Origin: Azolla caroliniana
Lineage: Eukaryota > Plantae > Polypodiophyta
NCBI GenBank assembly: GCA_043228905.1
Contig: JBHGNT010000010.1
Coordinates: 15,314,001-15,378,000, forward strand
Direction of reading: 5' to 3'
DNA length: 64,000 nucleotides
Below the pieces are notes generated by a model. It was not told the DNA's origin and searched no databases. It saw only the letters and a program-made list of their open reading frames with translations. Both the position numbers and the translations under genes were made by a program. This document shows positions 23,315 to 37,100 of the stretch, piece after piece; the first letter of the stretch is position 1, and each line of letters begins with the position of its first letter.

Positions 23315-25010
23315 ACCCATATTGTTAAGTTGTAAAGCACAAGGTTTACCGTAACAAACACATGCTTGTCCACTTGATGAGGTAAGCATGCATTACAATT
23401 GTTTTTTTGTATCAAAATGATTATGCGAACCTGTGAGATCATCTAACACTATAAACTCTTACAAATAGTATCATGTTCCAATAACTGAAATGTCTTTGCT
23501 TTCCCCTTAAGCAATGTGAATCTCGATGACTTTCGCATATAGTGTGTCAAGGGACAACATTGAGAATTTTATTTTTTTCCCAAAAAAGGAGCTACATGCC
23601 CATTAGTTAGGTACAATTGGAATTACATATAAAGCTTCGAGTATAATGCTTTTGCATTGATTAGTGCCTTGTTAGGTGTTATATTGGTCTTAAAAACATA
23701 AAAAGGAAGAGAATCATTTTCTAATTGATAACAATAACCAAGTGAATGTGAGTTCACTTCCCACAGAATGTTGTATGCAAAGAGGTGAATTGCCACAACA
23801 ATAAACCTCTACACTTGAATATGACCCAGTGCCCACCATACCACTTCAGCTATAAAAGAGGAATGCATTTCAAGCACGCCAATTGTGCTACATTTTCGAT
23901 ATCTAAGACAATACAAAACAAATGTGTGATGTTAAGAAGTAGCAATTCTGATCCATGAGCAAAATACCCACTAGAAAGAGGAGAACGCAATTCGCGTTAC
24001 AAGACAAGGAGTCTACAACAATGTTCACTTGTTTGGACATCAATTAAGAACACCTCAGATGTTTCATAACATGCCCTTACCCAATTATATATATAAAAGG
24101 GGAGAATGCCTTGTACAAGATCACATCTCATGGGTCATTTTGGCCCACAAAGGACACTGATATGACATCACTGTCATCTCTCTCAACCATTTCTTTGAGA
24201 ATATTCAATTTGGAGAACGGCCCGCGGACTAAGGCAGCCGTAATAATAATTACATTAGAACCATTGGTGGTATTTGCTATGAGCATTTGAGTGCAAAAAA
24301 TGGGAGAGCTTGAAATCAAACAACCTTCCCTTGTACTTTGGTCGGTCGTATTGAATGTCAGTCAAGTAAACGTTACTTAACATCTTGTAGAACTCAATAG
24401 TCTAACATGTCATTGTCATCTGTCTTTTCTCCCATTGAATCATCCATTTGAGACAATTTATTAAGCACACATCCAAACATTACCAGTGATAGCTAAGCAA
24501 GAGCCGTTGATATCAACGCTACCCGTCACCAATTATGCGGTTCATTCAAAGTGTTTCTTGAGCTAAATCACCCACTGACCACACATACAAATACATGTCT
24601 CAGTCTATTGCATTCATTGATACATAAACAAACAACCTATATGAAGGATCCTGTTCCTTCCCCCAAATGTTCATTCATAGAGACAATCAATTGACTTGCC
24701 ATCAGGATTGCATTTTTGCCTTTAGCAAAATGAGGAATTTTCCTTCCCCTAGTACTTAGTGCACAAAAAACATTGTTATCTTATCACAATGCATACTTGT
24801 GAGAGAAAACCAGAAAGTATAGTTATCATATAGAGCTATGTCCACATGGTTCCTAAACTTCCAACGAGTCCATCTCTAGTGACATATGTCACTGCTATTG
24901 ACCTCCATGCCGAGGTTCTCTTTCCTCTCATAATACACTTCTCTAATCTCCCTCAAAAACACGCTCCCATTAGCATTGCCACTTGCTTTAAATCACCCAT
25001 ATTTTTAGGT

Positions 25011-26975
25011 TCATCTCTTACAAGAAGCGTGATCAAGCCTTATGGCCTCAATGTTTTGTGCATCTTCTTGCATACCTGCACTTACAAAGATATCAACCAT
25101 AAGGACATAAGCTTGAGGAACACCAATCTCTAGTTGTACTACTTGATCAAAAGCCAACAAGCCAAGCTTCAAATTTCCCCATTTTCTACAAGAAGCTAGA
25201 AGTGCAATCCAAATGTCAGGATAGTGCAAAGATGGCAAAACCTTAATCACTGACATTGCCTCGTCAAAAAGACCAGCAGAACCAAAACCCATCACCATGC
25301 AAGTATGATGATGGGCATATTGTGTTATTGTACCGTATTTATTCACCATGATATTATTGAAAAGAAGTTGTGCCTCGCCAAATAACCCTGACCGACCACA
25401 TGCACTGAGCACAGAAAGTAAAGTGACCCCATCTGGAGAGAGACCCTCACTCTGCATTTGTTCTACACAATTCAGTGCTTCGCGGGCTCGTCCCTCTTGG
25501 GCATATCCAGTGATTAATGCTGACCATGACACTACATTTCGAAGAGGAAGTTCATCAAGAACTTGACGTGCTTTTGCAAGACCACCACATTTGGTATACA
25601 TATCAATCAAAGCACTCCCCACGACTACATTTCTTCTCAAGACCCCAGTTTCCATAATCTCATCGTGGATACTTTCTCCCTTGCCAATAGCGCCAGAGCT
25701 ACCACAAGCTTTCAAGATGGAAACAAATGTGACTTCATCTGGAGAGAGACCCTCATTTTCCATCCGTTCGAAACAATTCAATGCTTCATTGGCGTGGCCT
25801 TGCTGGGCATACCCTGAGATCAGTGCCGACCAAGTGACCACATCTCGAAAGGGTAGTTGTTCGAGCAGCTTTTGTGCTTTTGCAAGCTCTCCACATTTAG
25901 CATACATATCCACCAGGGCAGTGCCGAGCACAACGTCATTCTTAAGCAATCCCTTTCTTATAATCTCTTCATGGATTCGTTTCCCTTTATTTGTAGCTCC
26001 TATGTTCCCGCAAGCCTTCAAGATGAGAAGCAAAGTGACCACATTTGGTGAGATGCCTTCTGATTGCATTCGCTCAAAACATTCAAGAGCTTTGTGGCAT
26101 TGATCTGATTGGGAATATCCAGCAATTAATGCCGACCAAGAGACCACATCTCGAACCCGAAGTTCTTCAAGTACTTCTTGAGCTTTAGCAAGCATGTTGC
26201 ATTTAGCATACATATCCACGAGAGCATTCCCAAGAGACGCATCCTTCTCTAAGAGACCGTTACTAGAAATTTCTTTGTGTATGATCTCTCCCCATGCTAT
26301 GGAGCCTATTCTTCCACATACCTTCAGTATACATATGAAAGTGACCACATTTGGAGATATACCTTCATTTTTCATAGATTCGAAACATCTGATAGCATCA
26401 TGGCCACCATATTCAGCATAGCCAGCAATAATTGAAGACCAAGATACTACATCCCTCGATGGAAGCTCTCTAAGAACTTGTTCGGCTTTTGAAATCATGC
26501 CAAATTTCACATACATATCAACCAAAGCATTACCAAGGACCACATCATTATTGAGAAAACCATATCTGACAATCTCATCGTGGATTTGATTACCTTTATC
26601 TATACATATTAATCTTCCACATGCCTTCAAGACACAAGTGAAGGTGAATGCATCTGGAAAGAAACCTTCATTCTTCATGCAGTCAAAAGCGAGCAAGGCT
26701 TGATGACATAGTTTCTGATGGGTATACCCTGCTATCATTGCATTCCAAGATACCACGTTTCTAACATGGATTTGTTCAAACACTTCTATAGCATTATCAA
26801 TGGCATCACATTTGGCATACATGCTGATTAAGGTGTTGGCTATGTAATGGGTCTTCTCGAGCAACCCTCTTCTGCGCAGAATGATATCATGGTGGATTCT
26901 TCTACCTCTGTTCACATCCTTCTTCTTTGCACAATCCTTGAGCAAAGCAGCAAAAAAGGAAGCTTCCTTGTTCAT
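25011..26975 (-). CDS. PLS-class pentatricopeptide repeat protein with truncated E domain and no DYW
   Basis: 654-aa intronless ORF with repeated P (VVSWSALIAGY), L (TFxxILKACG) and S (LGNALVDMYAKC) motifs, P2-L2-S2, then E1-like WIALLASCRKWGNLKLG...AYVLMVDIF before the stop. Confidence 0.93.
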   Translation of the reverse strand: MNKEASFFAALLKDCAKKKDVNRGRRIHHDIILRRRGLLEKTHYIANTLISMYAKCDAIDNAIEVFEQIHVRNVVSWNAMIAGYTHQKLCHQALLAFDCMKNEGFFPDAFTFTCVLKACGRLICIDKGNQIHDEIVRYGFLNNDVVLGNALVDMYVKFGMISKAEQVLRELPSRDVVSWSSIIAGYAEYGGHDAIRCFESMKNEGISPNVVTFICILKVCGRIGSIAWGEIIHKEISSNGLLEKDASLGNALVDMYAKCNMLAKAQEVLEELRVRDVVSWSALIAGYSQSDQCHKALECFERMQSEGISPNVVTLLLILKACGNIGATNKGKRIHEEIIRKGLLKNDVVLGTALVDMYAKCGELAKAQKLLEQLPFRDVVTWSALISGYAQQGHANEALNCFERMENEGLSPDEVTFVSILKACGSSGAIGKGESIHDEIMETGVLRRNVVVGSALIDMYTKCGGLAKARQVLDELPLRNVVSWSALITGYAQEGRAREALNCVEQMQSEGLSPDGVTLLSVLSACGRSGLFGEAQLLFNNIMVNKYGTITQYAHHHTCMVMGFGSAGLFDEAMSVIKVLPSLHYPDIWIALLASCRKWGNLKLGLLAFDQVVQLEIGVPQAYVLMVDIFVSAGMQEDAQNIEAIRLDHASCKR

Positions 26976-27024
26976 CCTTGAGCTTCTTTCTTCTATCTCG
27001 ACTGTTGTCTCTTATGGCTTTTTG

Positions 27025-27295
27025 CTATTTCCCCAAATGCCCTTATTCCATATAATGGCTATTTCCCAAGATGCCCTTATGGCATAAATATAATGGCTAT
27101 TTCCCAAAATGCCCTTATTGCATACCATGGCTATTTTCTCGAAATGCACTTATTGCATATAATGGTGATTTTCCCGAAATACCCTTATTGCATATAAAGG
27201 CTATTTCCTCTAAATGCCCTTTTTGCATGTAAAATGTTATTTCTTCTAAATGCCCTTGTTGTTTATACACTTCTATTTCCAATGATAGCCCTATG
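27025..27295. repeat. Minisatellite, ~34-35 bp unit, about 7-8 degenerate copies, immediately upstream of the PPR ATG
   Basis: Recurring gctatttccc-aaatgcccttattgcatataatg. Confidence 0.8.
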
Positions 27296-30200
27296 TTTGT
27301 GCTTGTATTCTCAAGATGCTCGTATGTCCATCGATCATATTTCTCAACATGCCCTTATAGTTTCTAACCATCTGCCACGACATTCTTATGTTCATGAATT
27401 GTTCCCTAGCTCGTTTAGTCTTACTATTCCCCAATATGCCTCGTATCTATTATTGTTTCTTAACTAAGTGAATTATTATTCCCCCCCCCCCCCCTCCCCC
27501 AACGCCCTTTGTTCATCGAATACATTGTTTCACGCAGTCCGTGAGACTCCTCTAGCACAATTTCTCTTACTATTTCCAAAATTTTCTTGTATTCCCCCAA
27601 TATCAATCATGTTTATGATTGTTGCCTTGGCTTCCTTTTTATTTCCCGGCATATCATTTGTATGGATATTTTCTGTTATTCTTTATGAAAGTTTCTCTCA
27701 TTCTCAACAAAATGAAACGGAAATGGGCTAGTTAAATACAAATTTATTTGTGGTAATGACTACTTTGATCGTAACCCACTAATCTCTCTTGTAATTGCAT
27801 CAATTGGGCCCTAGTGTCTTTACTAATTCTGGCCAAAATCATCAAGGGTGAATGAATGTGACAACCAAGTATGTGAATGCATGGGTATCAGTAATGCTGA
27901 CAACATCTCTAGTACAATGATTTGAAACTTCACTAATTAGAAGCGAACGTAGAATGATGTCGCAACAATTGTATTAGTCATTATAAGACTATGTTGATTG
28001 AAGCTCCGTGAACACATAAATGAACCTCTAGTCTACTCTTCAAAATTTAAAATACACTTTAAGTAATAGAAGCAACTCCAAGAACATTGCAACAAGCAAT
28101 GATTTTGGGGTCCCATCACACAATTGGCACACATACCTCGAGTGTAATCTCTTAGAGGACGTCAAATTTGGAAATAACTTCCCAAAATTAAATAAAAACA
28201 AATGTTGTCAATGTACAAGTTTGATCAACAAGCGAGGGTTAAGAAGTTAGATGTGATAAATGTTTTCACATTATCTCTCCTCCCATGGATACACATAAAC
28301 ACATCAAAGCTCCCTAGAGTGGGATGTTCACATGAGTAATCCCATTGTCCACTCTCATAGAAGTTTATTATATTCTTAGTTGACTTCCTCAAATTGAAAC
28401 AAAATTTTCCATTCCAATGCATTCAACAACCATGCTTATTTGCCTTGATTTCCTTAAATTCCCTAATTGTCCTCTTTAAGTGTTATTTTGTTGTTAAAGA
28501 TGGGTCATGATGGTTATGATGGTAATTTCCTTTGCTCCTATAGCTCATTGGTTGTCATGTTGTTGTTGCTACTCTTTTGAGACATTCATTCGTGTTAAGT
28601 TCCTCTATTCAAGCTTCATGCATCCATAAGTAAGTTTCCCATTGTTTACGTTTCCATGCATCCAGATTCTAAACTAAGTTTTGCTCCACATGTCATTCCA
28701 TGGTAGGTATTTCTACCATTATGATTCTGAATCCATGCAAAGTTTTGTATATAATAAAGTCATCATCACTGATGTCGTGTCTTTGAGTTTGTGTTAATGT
28801 TATGATATTTCCATTACTACTCTTCTTTTTTATAGTTTTGGTGTAATATCTTCATGTCTAGAGGGAGTTTGTTGTTGAGTACTTAACGTTGTTTAAAAAA
28901 ACATTAGTTTACAAAACTTTGAAGTTCTTGTACAAACATTAGTTAACTCGTGTTGTTTTAAGCCATTGAACTAAAGGCATGTTACCACTTAACCATCACA
29001 TGGTTTAAAATTATAAAACATATATTCCTTGTAACTAAGAGAAATATTTTTTATCAAAATGTAGGAAGTATTTGCTTAATCACAAAATTACACATTAGTG
29101 TATATGTGTGTAGATTTATGAATCCAACGCTCATTGGTTTTAAAAGTTTCTATGCGCTTTGGCTGATTTACAAGGTGACCTTGAGCCCTTTCCCAATTAT
29201 TTATGTTCCACAAATTGCCTTCAATGGACTATTTCCAAACTTCAAAGTTAGACACCCCCCCCCCCCCTCCCAACTATATCTTTATGTTTGCAATGTCACC
29301 ATTACATTGTCATGCATATTTATGCACAAATTTAATGCAAACATATCGGTACAATACCTTTATTTCTGTAACTTTGGCTTGCCATAGTTTGGATGTTTAT
29401 ATGCATACTTAATGTTCACTTTTAAACACTCGGTTGGCTGATTTTGTATTTTTTGTGGATAGAGTTTAGCTTTCAATAACCTACTAGTTTATGGTGCATC
29501 TACGAACGGGGTTTAAATCCATCTCAAGGGAACATGAATATGGAACCTTAAACCTAAGAAGGCTAATTGACTTTATCTCTGTATACACTTAATGAAGGAC
29601 ATGTTGCCCATGTACATCAAGTAACTATCAACATACTACATTGTGCATGTGGTATGTTTGGACTAGAGCGGACAAATTACACCTTACAAAAATAGTAGTG
29701 TAGGAGTTGTTAATGTGGATACATACTTAATAATTGTCTAATCACATTTTAAACAATGCTGAAAATTTTGTTGTGACTTAAAAATCCACGATAAGCTATT
29801 TGTGTTGTTTTCAAGCAATGGCTCATGACAAGTGGGATATGACGTTTTGTAGCAAAATCTTGTGACAAAGTCACTTATGATGCTTTCTAGCATATTGTGT
29901 TATTATCAATGTCACACCCATGCGTTATCATTATTTTTCACAGAGGCATCCATGCAAATGTGGAGACAATGTGCATGTTTGGAAAGCACATTATGAGGTT
30001 TAACTTGTTTGGAATATTGACAACCTACAAATAGTGGATCGATCTCATTGATGAAAAAAAAGACACATTCGCACACATGTAAACAACCAAGTGCTTATGA
30101 TTGAATGGATAACAAGTGATGGGTGGTGCTTAGTGTGTCACAAATTTAGAGCTTGTGTATCAACCCAAATATTGTCCAATTTTATGACCCCAAACCGAGC

Positions 30201-31799
30201 ACTTGTCCATCCCAAATTTCGAAGCCAATGCACTTGTGCCATGGTTACTAAAAGTAGTGTTAAAGAAGCTCAACCCATGTACTGTAGATTGTATTAGTTT
30301 TTGATGTATGTTAAATCTCATTCTCTTTTATTATTATCATAATTAGCTTTAAGACCCAAATTTCTCACCTATCCATTACTCGATACATATCATCTTAATT
30401 TGCTAGATACCATTGTAGAATGTAAGGGTTGAACCCATCACTTTATGGTCTCCACCTTACCAACTAAGCTACATCCATCTAAGCTAGATCCCTCCCCCCC
30501 CCTCTCTCTCTCTCTCTTGAAAGATGTAATGATATATGTATTAAGAAAGGGTGACGATTTCAATCTCACACTAAACAACACACCTAGAAGGTTGAGCTCG
30601 AATTTGTATGCCTTATTCACACATCGAGACTTTATGCTTTGAAGTATGAATATCTCTTCTTAGGAAGTAGATATACATTAAGAAAACTCGTGTACTCTTA
30701 CTCCCTGTGTTAATATTGGGCTCTCTCAATGGACACTAAAAAATATATAGATTCCAACTAAATCTAAATAAAATTGTAGTCAATACTTCAATTATACTAC
30801 CCTACGTCTATCTACATCCTATCTCTCTCCCTAGAGAGAAGATTTCATGGCTCAATTGCGCATTCCTATCACTCGCATCATGACAAACAATATTTCATGC
30901 TTCGATTGCGCTTTCCCATCCCTTGTGTCCTTTTTTAGAAGCTTTTGTGTGTCAAGCGAATGCACTTTCCCATTTCACACATAAGAGAAGCTTTCATCCC
31001 TTACCTCTTGACACGTGCGCACACACTTTTCTTTTTTCTGGCAACGCACGAGATTACTTGTGAGAAACCTCAAAGTGAGGTGAAAAACCACAAATAAAGT
31101 TTACATTATGTTATGTCAACTCGACAAGAATCTGCACTCATGTTACAGGAAACATAACGAACATAAAGAAGATCTCAAAGGGAAAACCCATAATATAGTC
31201 AATATGGATTTGACAGACATTGCACACAATTCATCCTAATTTGCTAACGTGAACATATGGCAATATAGAGTACACACACACACACATGCAATATCTTGAA
31301 AAAGTAATATATATAGTATATAGTAAAACAAAACGACAATACAAAGGAGTTGAAAGGACTCTTCTTGTTCACACATATATGTTATGGTACTTCATGGAAA
31401 CCATCAAACGAGAACCAATTACTCATACTGCAATTGTATCGTAAAGCCCCAGTCAAACACAAACTTAAACGATGGGGAGGTTAAAACCGTTATATGCATT
31501 ATGCACATGTGCACACTTTAGTTTTCCCCGTGCACAATCTCTTATTGTTATTTTCTTAATGTGCTGCTTACTTGAGAGATAAGCTATCGGGCTATCAATA
31601 CAAGGTCCTAGGTCCATGGATGGGTTTATATTCTAAGTTCCTATCATTCATATGTCATACATACACACACACACACACACATACAATGGAAGGAACTGGA
31701 AGGGTTTTGGAACTTCAAAATTGAAACGAAAGATGACATGATTTTTATAATGTATATCACCATATATGTATATACATACATATACATACATTATAAAAA

Positions 31800-32966
31800 C
31801 AAAACAAGTATCTGACATAAAGTAGAGGATATACTTGTAAACACATAAATGAATGAATTAATAGTGAGAATAGACCAGAAAAAAACATAAAATATTCGGG
31901 GGGGAAATAAGTAAGTAAATAAGAAAGATGAAAATTAAATAAATAAATGTATTGGTAAACTAATAATTAACGGACTTAGGAAGAAACAAAATAAAGATGG
32001 AGGAAATGATGGGAAGACCAATAATTAGGGGGGATTTAGAAGGAATCAAACAGTCAAATAATAAAAAGTAAATCAGCAAATAAATAATAAATGGACGTAT
32101 AAATAATTATATAAGCAAACGAAAAAGGAATAAATAAAAAATAAAAAATAAGTAAATGAGTACAGAAATAGATAAGTACGGAAATAAATGAATAAATAAA
32201 TAAAGTAAATGAATAAATAAATAAATAAATAAATACTGGAAAATGACTAAATAAATAAATAACGAGTAAATGTATAAATAAATAGGAGCAAATGAATAAA
32301 TAAATATGGGTGAATAGAATGAGTAAGTAGATTAGATAAATAAGAAAGAAAGAAAGAAATATGTGAACAAATAAATAAGTAAATAAATAGATAAATGAAC
32401 AAATAAGTAAATAAATAAGTAGATAAAAAAAGATGAAAAAAGCAAATAAATAAATAAATGGAAATAAATCGATAAATAAAATAAATAGACAAAGAAAGAA
32501 AGAATAAATACCAAAAAAAATGGAAAAGAAAAAAGAAAGAAAAGAAAGAAAGAATAAATATATAAATTTATATATAGGTCTCCCTCCTCCCGCGCTTCCT
32601 TTTCGAGAAGAGAGAGATAGAGAGAGAGAGACACACACACACACACACATACACACACTCTCTCTCTCTCACTACCTCACACACACTCTCTCTCTATCCT
32701 CCCGCGCTTCCTTTTCGAGAAGAGAGAGATAGAGACACACATATACACACTCTCTCACTACCTCACTCATTCTCCCACACTCTCTCTCTCTATCCTCCCG
32801 CGCTTCCTTTTCGAGAAGAGAGAGATAGAGACAGATAGACAGAGAGACAAACACACACACACACACACACTCTCTCTCTCTCTCTCTCTCACTCTCTCTC
32901 TATCTTTCTGTGTCTGTGTCTGTGTGAGATGAGGAGGTCTTCGCCCGCGCGCACACAGACAGACAG

Positions 32967-33008
<42 letters not shown>

Positions 33009-33010
33009 CC
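31800..33010. repeat. Low-complexity (AAAT)n-rich tract, then (CA)/(CT)/(GA) microsatellites interleaved with three copies of a 38-bp block
   Basis: tcctcccgcgcttccttttcgagaagagagagatagag at 32585, 32697 and 32793. Confidence 0.85.
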
Positions 33011-34106
33011 TGCTGCAGTAAATGAGATTCAAAAAAATACATGTAACATAGCCCTGAATTGATTGAATGGAATCATGAGGCTCCTCCTCCCAACAAAAAA
33101 ACACAGAATTTTTGCAGGCGGCGCCAAGTAGTGTGATTATATATATATATATAGCAGGAAGAATTTTGCAGGCGACGAGACGAAGGAGACGGAAAGTGGA
33201 GGAGATGGATAAAATGGAAATGTATGTCGCCGCAGGACAAATGATGAAGACGGGATCTGCAGAGGCGAAGGATGAGGAGCGGAATGTGCAGAAAACAGAA
33301 GCTAAAGAAGACAATGGAAGCTCAAAGGATTAAGGATTTAGAACAAGAAGAAGCCGCAGAAGTGACGGAGTGAAAAGTTGAAAGGCCGAAGTAGAGACAG
33401 AAAGCCAAAGAAGAAACAGAAGCTAAAGAAGAATCCGATGCAGAAGAAGCGAATGTACTTGAATTCGCAGTAAAAGAAGGCCCCCCCCCAAAAAAAAAAA
33501 GAAAAGAAAAGAGCAGAATTGTATCAAGAGAAGCAAGAGCCGGAGATCTTGCAGAAGCAAGAGGTAAGAAGAAGAAGAAAAAAATCGAAATTGCAGAAAT
33601 AGGAGCAGAAGAATTTGCTGGCACAATCGGAGAAAGACGCAGAATCAGACGAATTTTGGATTCACAGAAGCAGAAGCAGGCGAAATTGGCAGGAGTAGAA
33701 AGAAGTAGGTTCAGAAGTCAGGAACAGAAGGAAAAAGAAGACTCGGAGAAACCAAACAAGGAGACCAAAAAGCAGAAGCTTTCCTTTTCTATTTGCTTCT
33801 GTCAGGCAGGTTTCTTTCCGATGTAAAAAAAAGTCTACTCCGCTGTTCATAGCAATGAATATTCTTTGCTTCTTATATCAGGATCTACCTTTCAAAGCTC
33901 CCTATTTCCCCACAATCACTTGAAATCATTCCCACTAGATCTACAACTTTTTTTCTCAATCTCTTTTCCTAATCAGTCTTCCTTCCTCCTGCATTTTACC
34001 GGTGATCTGCTTCTCTTTTCTGCACCTGGTAAAACTAGGGAAGATCTTCCTTTGGACGTTGTCCACAGATGTAAATCTCGATCTTTTCTTAAGAGTAGTA
34101 CAAGCT

Positions 34107-37100
34107 ATGTCGTCATTTGGTGCATCAAAGCAGACTAGAACAACCTCACCTTTCCGGTTCCATAAATCCGCATCAATAAATGGAAAGCTTCCCGGGCAAT
34201 CACCTTCCTCTAATGGTGTTTCTAAGAATAATTCTAGCTCGTTGTCAGGAACACCAGGTCGAGTAAGATTACCCCCTCCTCCACCTCCTCCTCTCACACC
34301 TCAAATTCATCTCCAACCAAGTTCTCATTCTAATTCTATCGGATCTGGAAGCTCTTCTGCTGATACAATGGATCATTATGAAGTCATTTCCAAATCCAAG
34401 GAAAATGTTACTGTTACTGTACGATTCCGACCTCTCAGGTATGCGAAAATATCAAATATTTCTGCTTTCTACACGCTTTCAGAAATTTTGTTATTTCCTT
34501 AAAGATCTTTGCATAATGGTATTGTATAATTCTAATGCTCCAAGCCATGTTATTTTAAGAGTTTTCCATGCTTTCTCTTGCTCTTATACTACAACGATGA
34601 TTTAAATTACATTGATTTTTCTTACAATCAGCTTGAGAGAGATGCAGAAAGGGGATGAAATTGCGTGGTATGCAGATGGAGAGACTACAGTAAGGAGTGA
34701 ATTCAATGCTGCCACTGGTTATGTCTTTGGTAGGTCCTTTTTCTTCCTCTTCTGAAGTTTAACCACCTATCTTCCAGTTTGATGGTTAGAGCCATGAAGT
34801 GGCAAATATTTGCATCCCTTTACACTGTCAGAATATTCAAGGAGAGAAAGCAATATAGTAGATTTTTTTTCTTCTTCTTTTGAGAATGGCGAAAGCCAAA
34901 TCTCTACTTGTCATGTCTGAAAGGGGTAATACCAAGTACTAGAAACTGCTGGGTGTCATTCTCATTTAATGCGGGGGTGGAGGGAAAAGGTTCTTTGGAG
35001 TCTCAAATGGTGTAGTGTGAGCTTGTATCAGGTCTATTATCCATATTCAACACAGTTTCTCAGTAGTATAAGATATCCTTATTGCTAATAGAAGTTGCAG
35101 AAAACTTGCGATCAAGAAAATCAGTTAAGAATATGAACTGACTTTCGAGATTCGACTACGGAGGCTCTCCTTTGGAAATGGTAGGGAATGACGAGATCAA
35201 AGTTTAAGTAATCAACAGATATTGGAAGGATTTTATTTTTTGATCACTGAAGTCACAACTCATGTCAACCGTGTCCTTACGAGTGCAACAGAACATACTC
35301 AAGGGTTGATACTGTAAAATGTATTGCATACTTGGACATAGAGGCTTGGGGATAGCCTAATATGACGAAAAAGAGTGGTTTTGTTGTTTATTTAGGCATG
35401 AGGACATTAGAAACAAGGATGCACTACATGGTTATAATAGAATCCTGTTAATGAAGGTATGCAATTGGTTTTCTTATCCAAAATAAAAAATATAACATTC
35501 TAAGGTAGCTGAATTTGTTCTCTCCAATTCTCTTCCAAAAATGGAGAGAATGCCCTTGTCTTGAGCTCATTGATACCTTCAGGACTCAGTGTGATTCTCC
35601 TGCTGGCACTTGAACAGCAGCAACGGAAAGAAAGTAAAATTGTTCTCGCTTGTTAAGGCCACATGCATATAATTTCGGTTAGAGAAGAAATCTGAAACAC
35701 CCCTGAGTTTTTTGTTATATCCTAAGCTCATTCATACCTTAGGGAGTCAGTGGGATCCTGCTGCTGGCAGTTAAAAGGTCATCAGAGGAAAGAAGACATG
35801 ATTTTCTTGCTTCTTGAGGCCACTCTTTCACATTTTCTTCGAGAGAAAAACTCGGAAATATCCCCAAGTGTTTCTTTTTTTCCCAAGGTCATTCTTACCT
35901 TAGGAAGTTACGGGGTTTCTTCTGTGGCCATGTTAAGGAAGCAGAGGAAAGAAGGCAGGATTTCCTCACTTCATGAGCCTCCCCACATTTTCTTTTAGGG
36001 AAAAATTCTGAAAGCCCCCTGAACATTTATTTATTTCCTGAGTTCATTCATAGAGTCACTGGGATTCTCCTGCTCGAACTTTAATGAGATAATGCTTGAT
36101 CCTTATGATCTACCACCAATCTCCCATTTTCAAAGTTGTAAGCCCCTGAATGATATTACTGGATCTTAACTTTGAACTTCATATGATGTTTAAATTCTGA
36201 TCATTAATGATAGAAATCTTGAACATATTTCCTTTGAGCAGAGTGATGTTTGTGTTAGTATTTTTGTGGACTATGGAATGCCCTATTCCTTTATAATTTG
36301 GAATGCTCTGTAAGCTTTGATGCTAACAACTTGAAGGACATCACATCATCTCTGAATTTGGAATGTTTACAACTCATTTACAGATCGTGTATTTGGACCT
36401 GCAACAACAACAAGACATATATATGACGTGGCAGCACGACATGTAGTTAATGGTGCCATGCATGGCATTAATGGTTAGAACATACATCTTATTTGAAATT
36501 TGATGTAAGGCATCCATCATTGATGGAATTTCTTAGCCAAAATTTTCTTTTTGTACTAATACTGCTAATATGTTCTTTTGAGCAGGCACGGTGTTTGCAT
36601 ATGGTGTCACTAGCAGTGGTAAAACTCATACAATGCATGTAAGTGGGTTTTTTTTGTGTATAAAAGTTGGGGGGCTCAATGATGGTGATGAAGATGCCAA
36701 TATGCTGTCAATGAATAACCGATGGCAATCATTTTGATTTTGCAGGGTGACCAAAAGTCTCCTGGAATAATTCCTTTGGCCGTGAAGGATGTTTTTAGTA
36801 TAATACAAGAGGTTATTCTTGGTCCTTTTTCTTTAACTGTTTTTCTGGCATCCATGATGAATATCATTCTGGTTGGATGCGGCTATTTACGGCTTACCTA
36901 TGACTGAGGCGCTTTGTGTTGGACCCTTTCACATTACCATTTAATTAGATTATAGAATGAAATGATGGGAATTCTTTTCTTATGTGCACACCTTTATCAT
37001 CCAATTTCTTTAAGTCTCTTTGTGTTGTATGTTCATATTATAGTATAGAAGTCTTTTTACCTTTTCTTTGGCATATCCTTCCAACATTCTTTTACATAAA

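Noticed and set aside
23320-24800. Possible decayed coding or transposon sequence
   Set aside because: No recognisable motif in the frames I read.
28225-28450. Possible Mutator/FAR1-like transposase remnant (HGC*MHW...SCEHP)
   Set aside because: Too short and degenerate to support without a profile search.
32054-33850. ORFs of 60-200 aa (F/I/Y/L-rich or S/E-rich)
   Set aside because: They are translations of low-complexity and microsatellite DNA with no domain signal.
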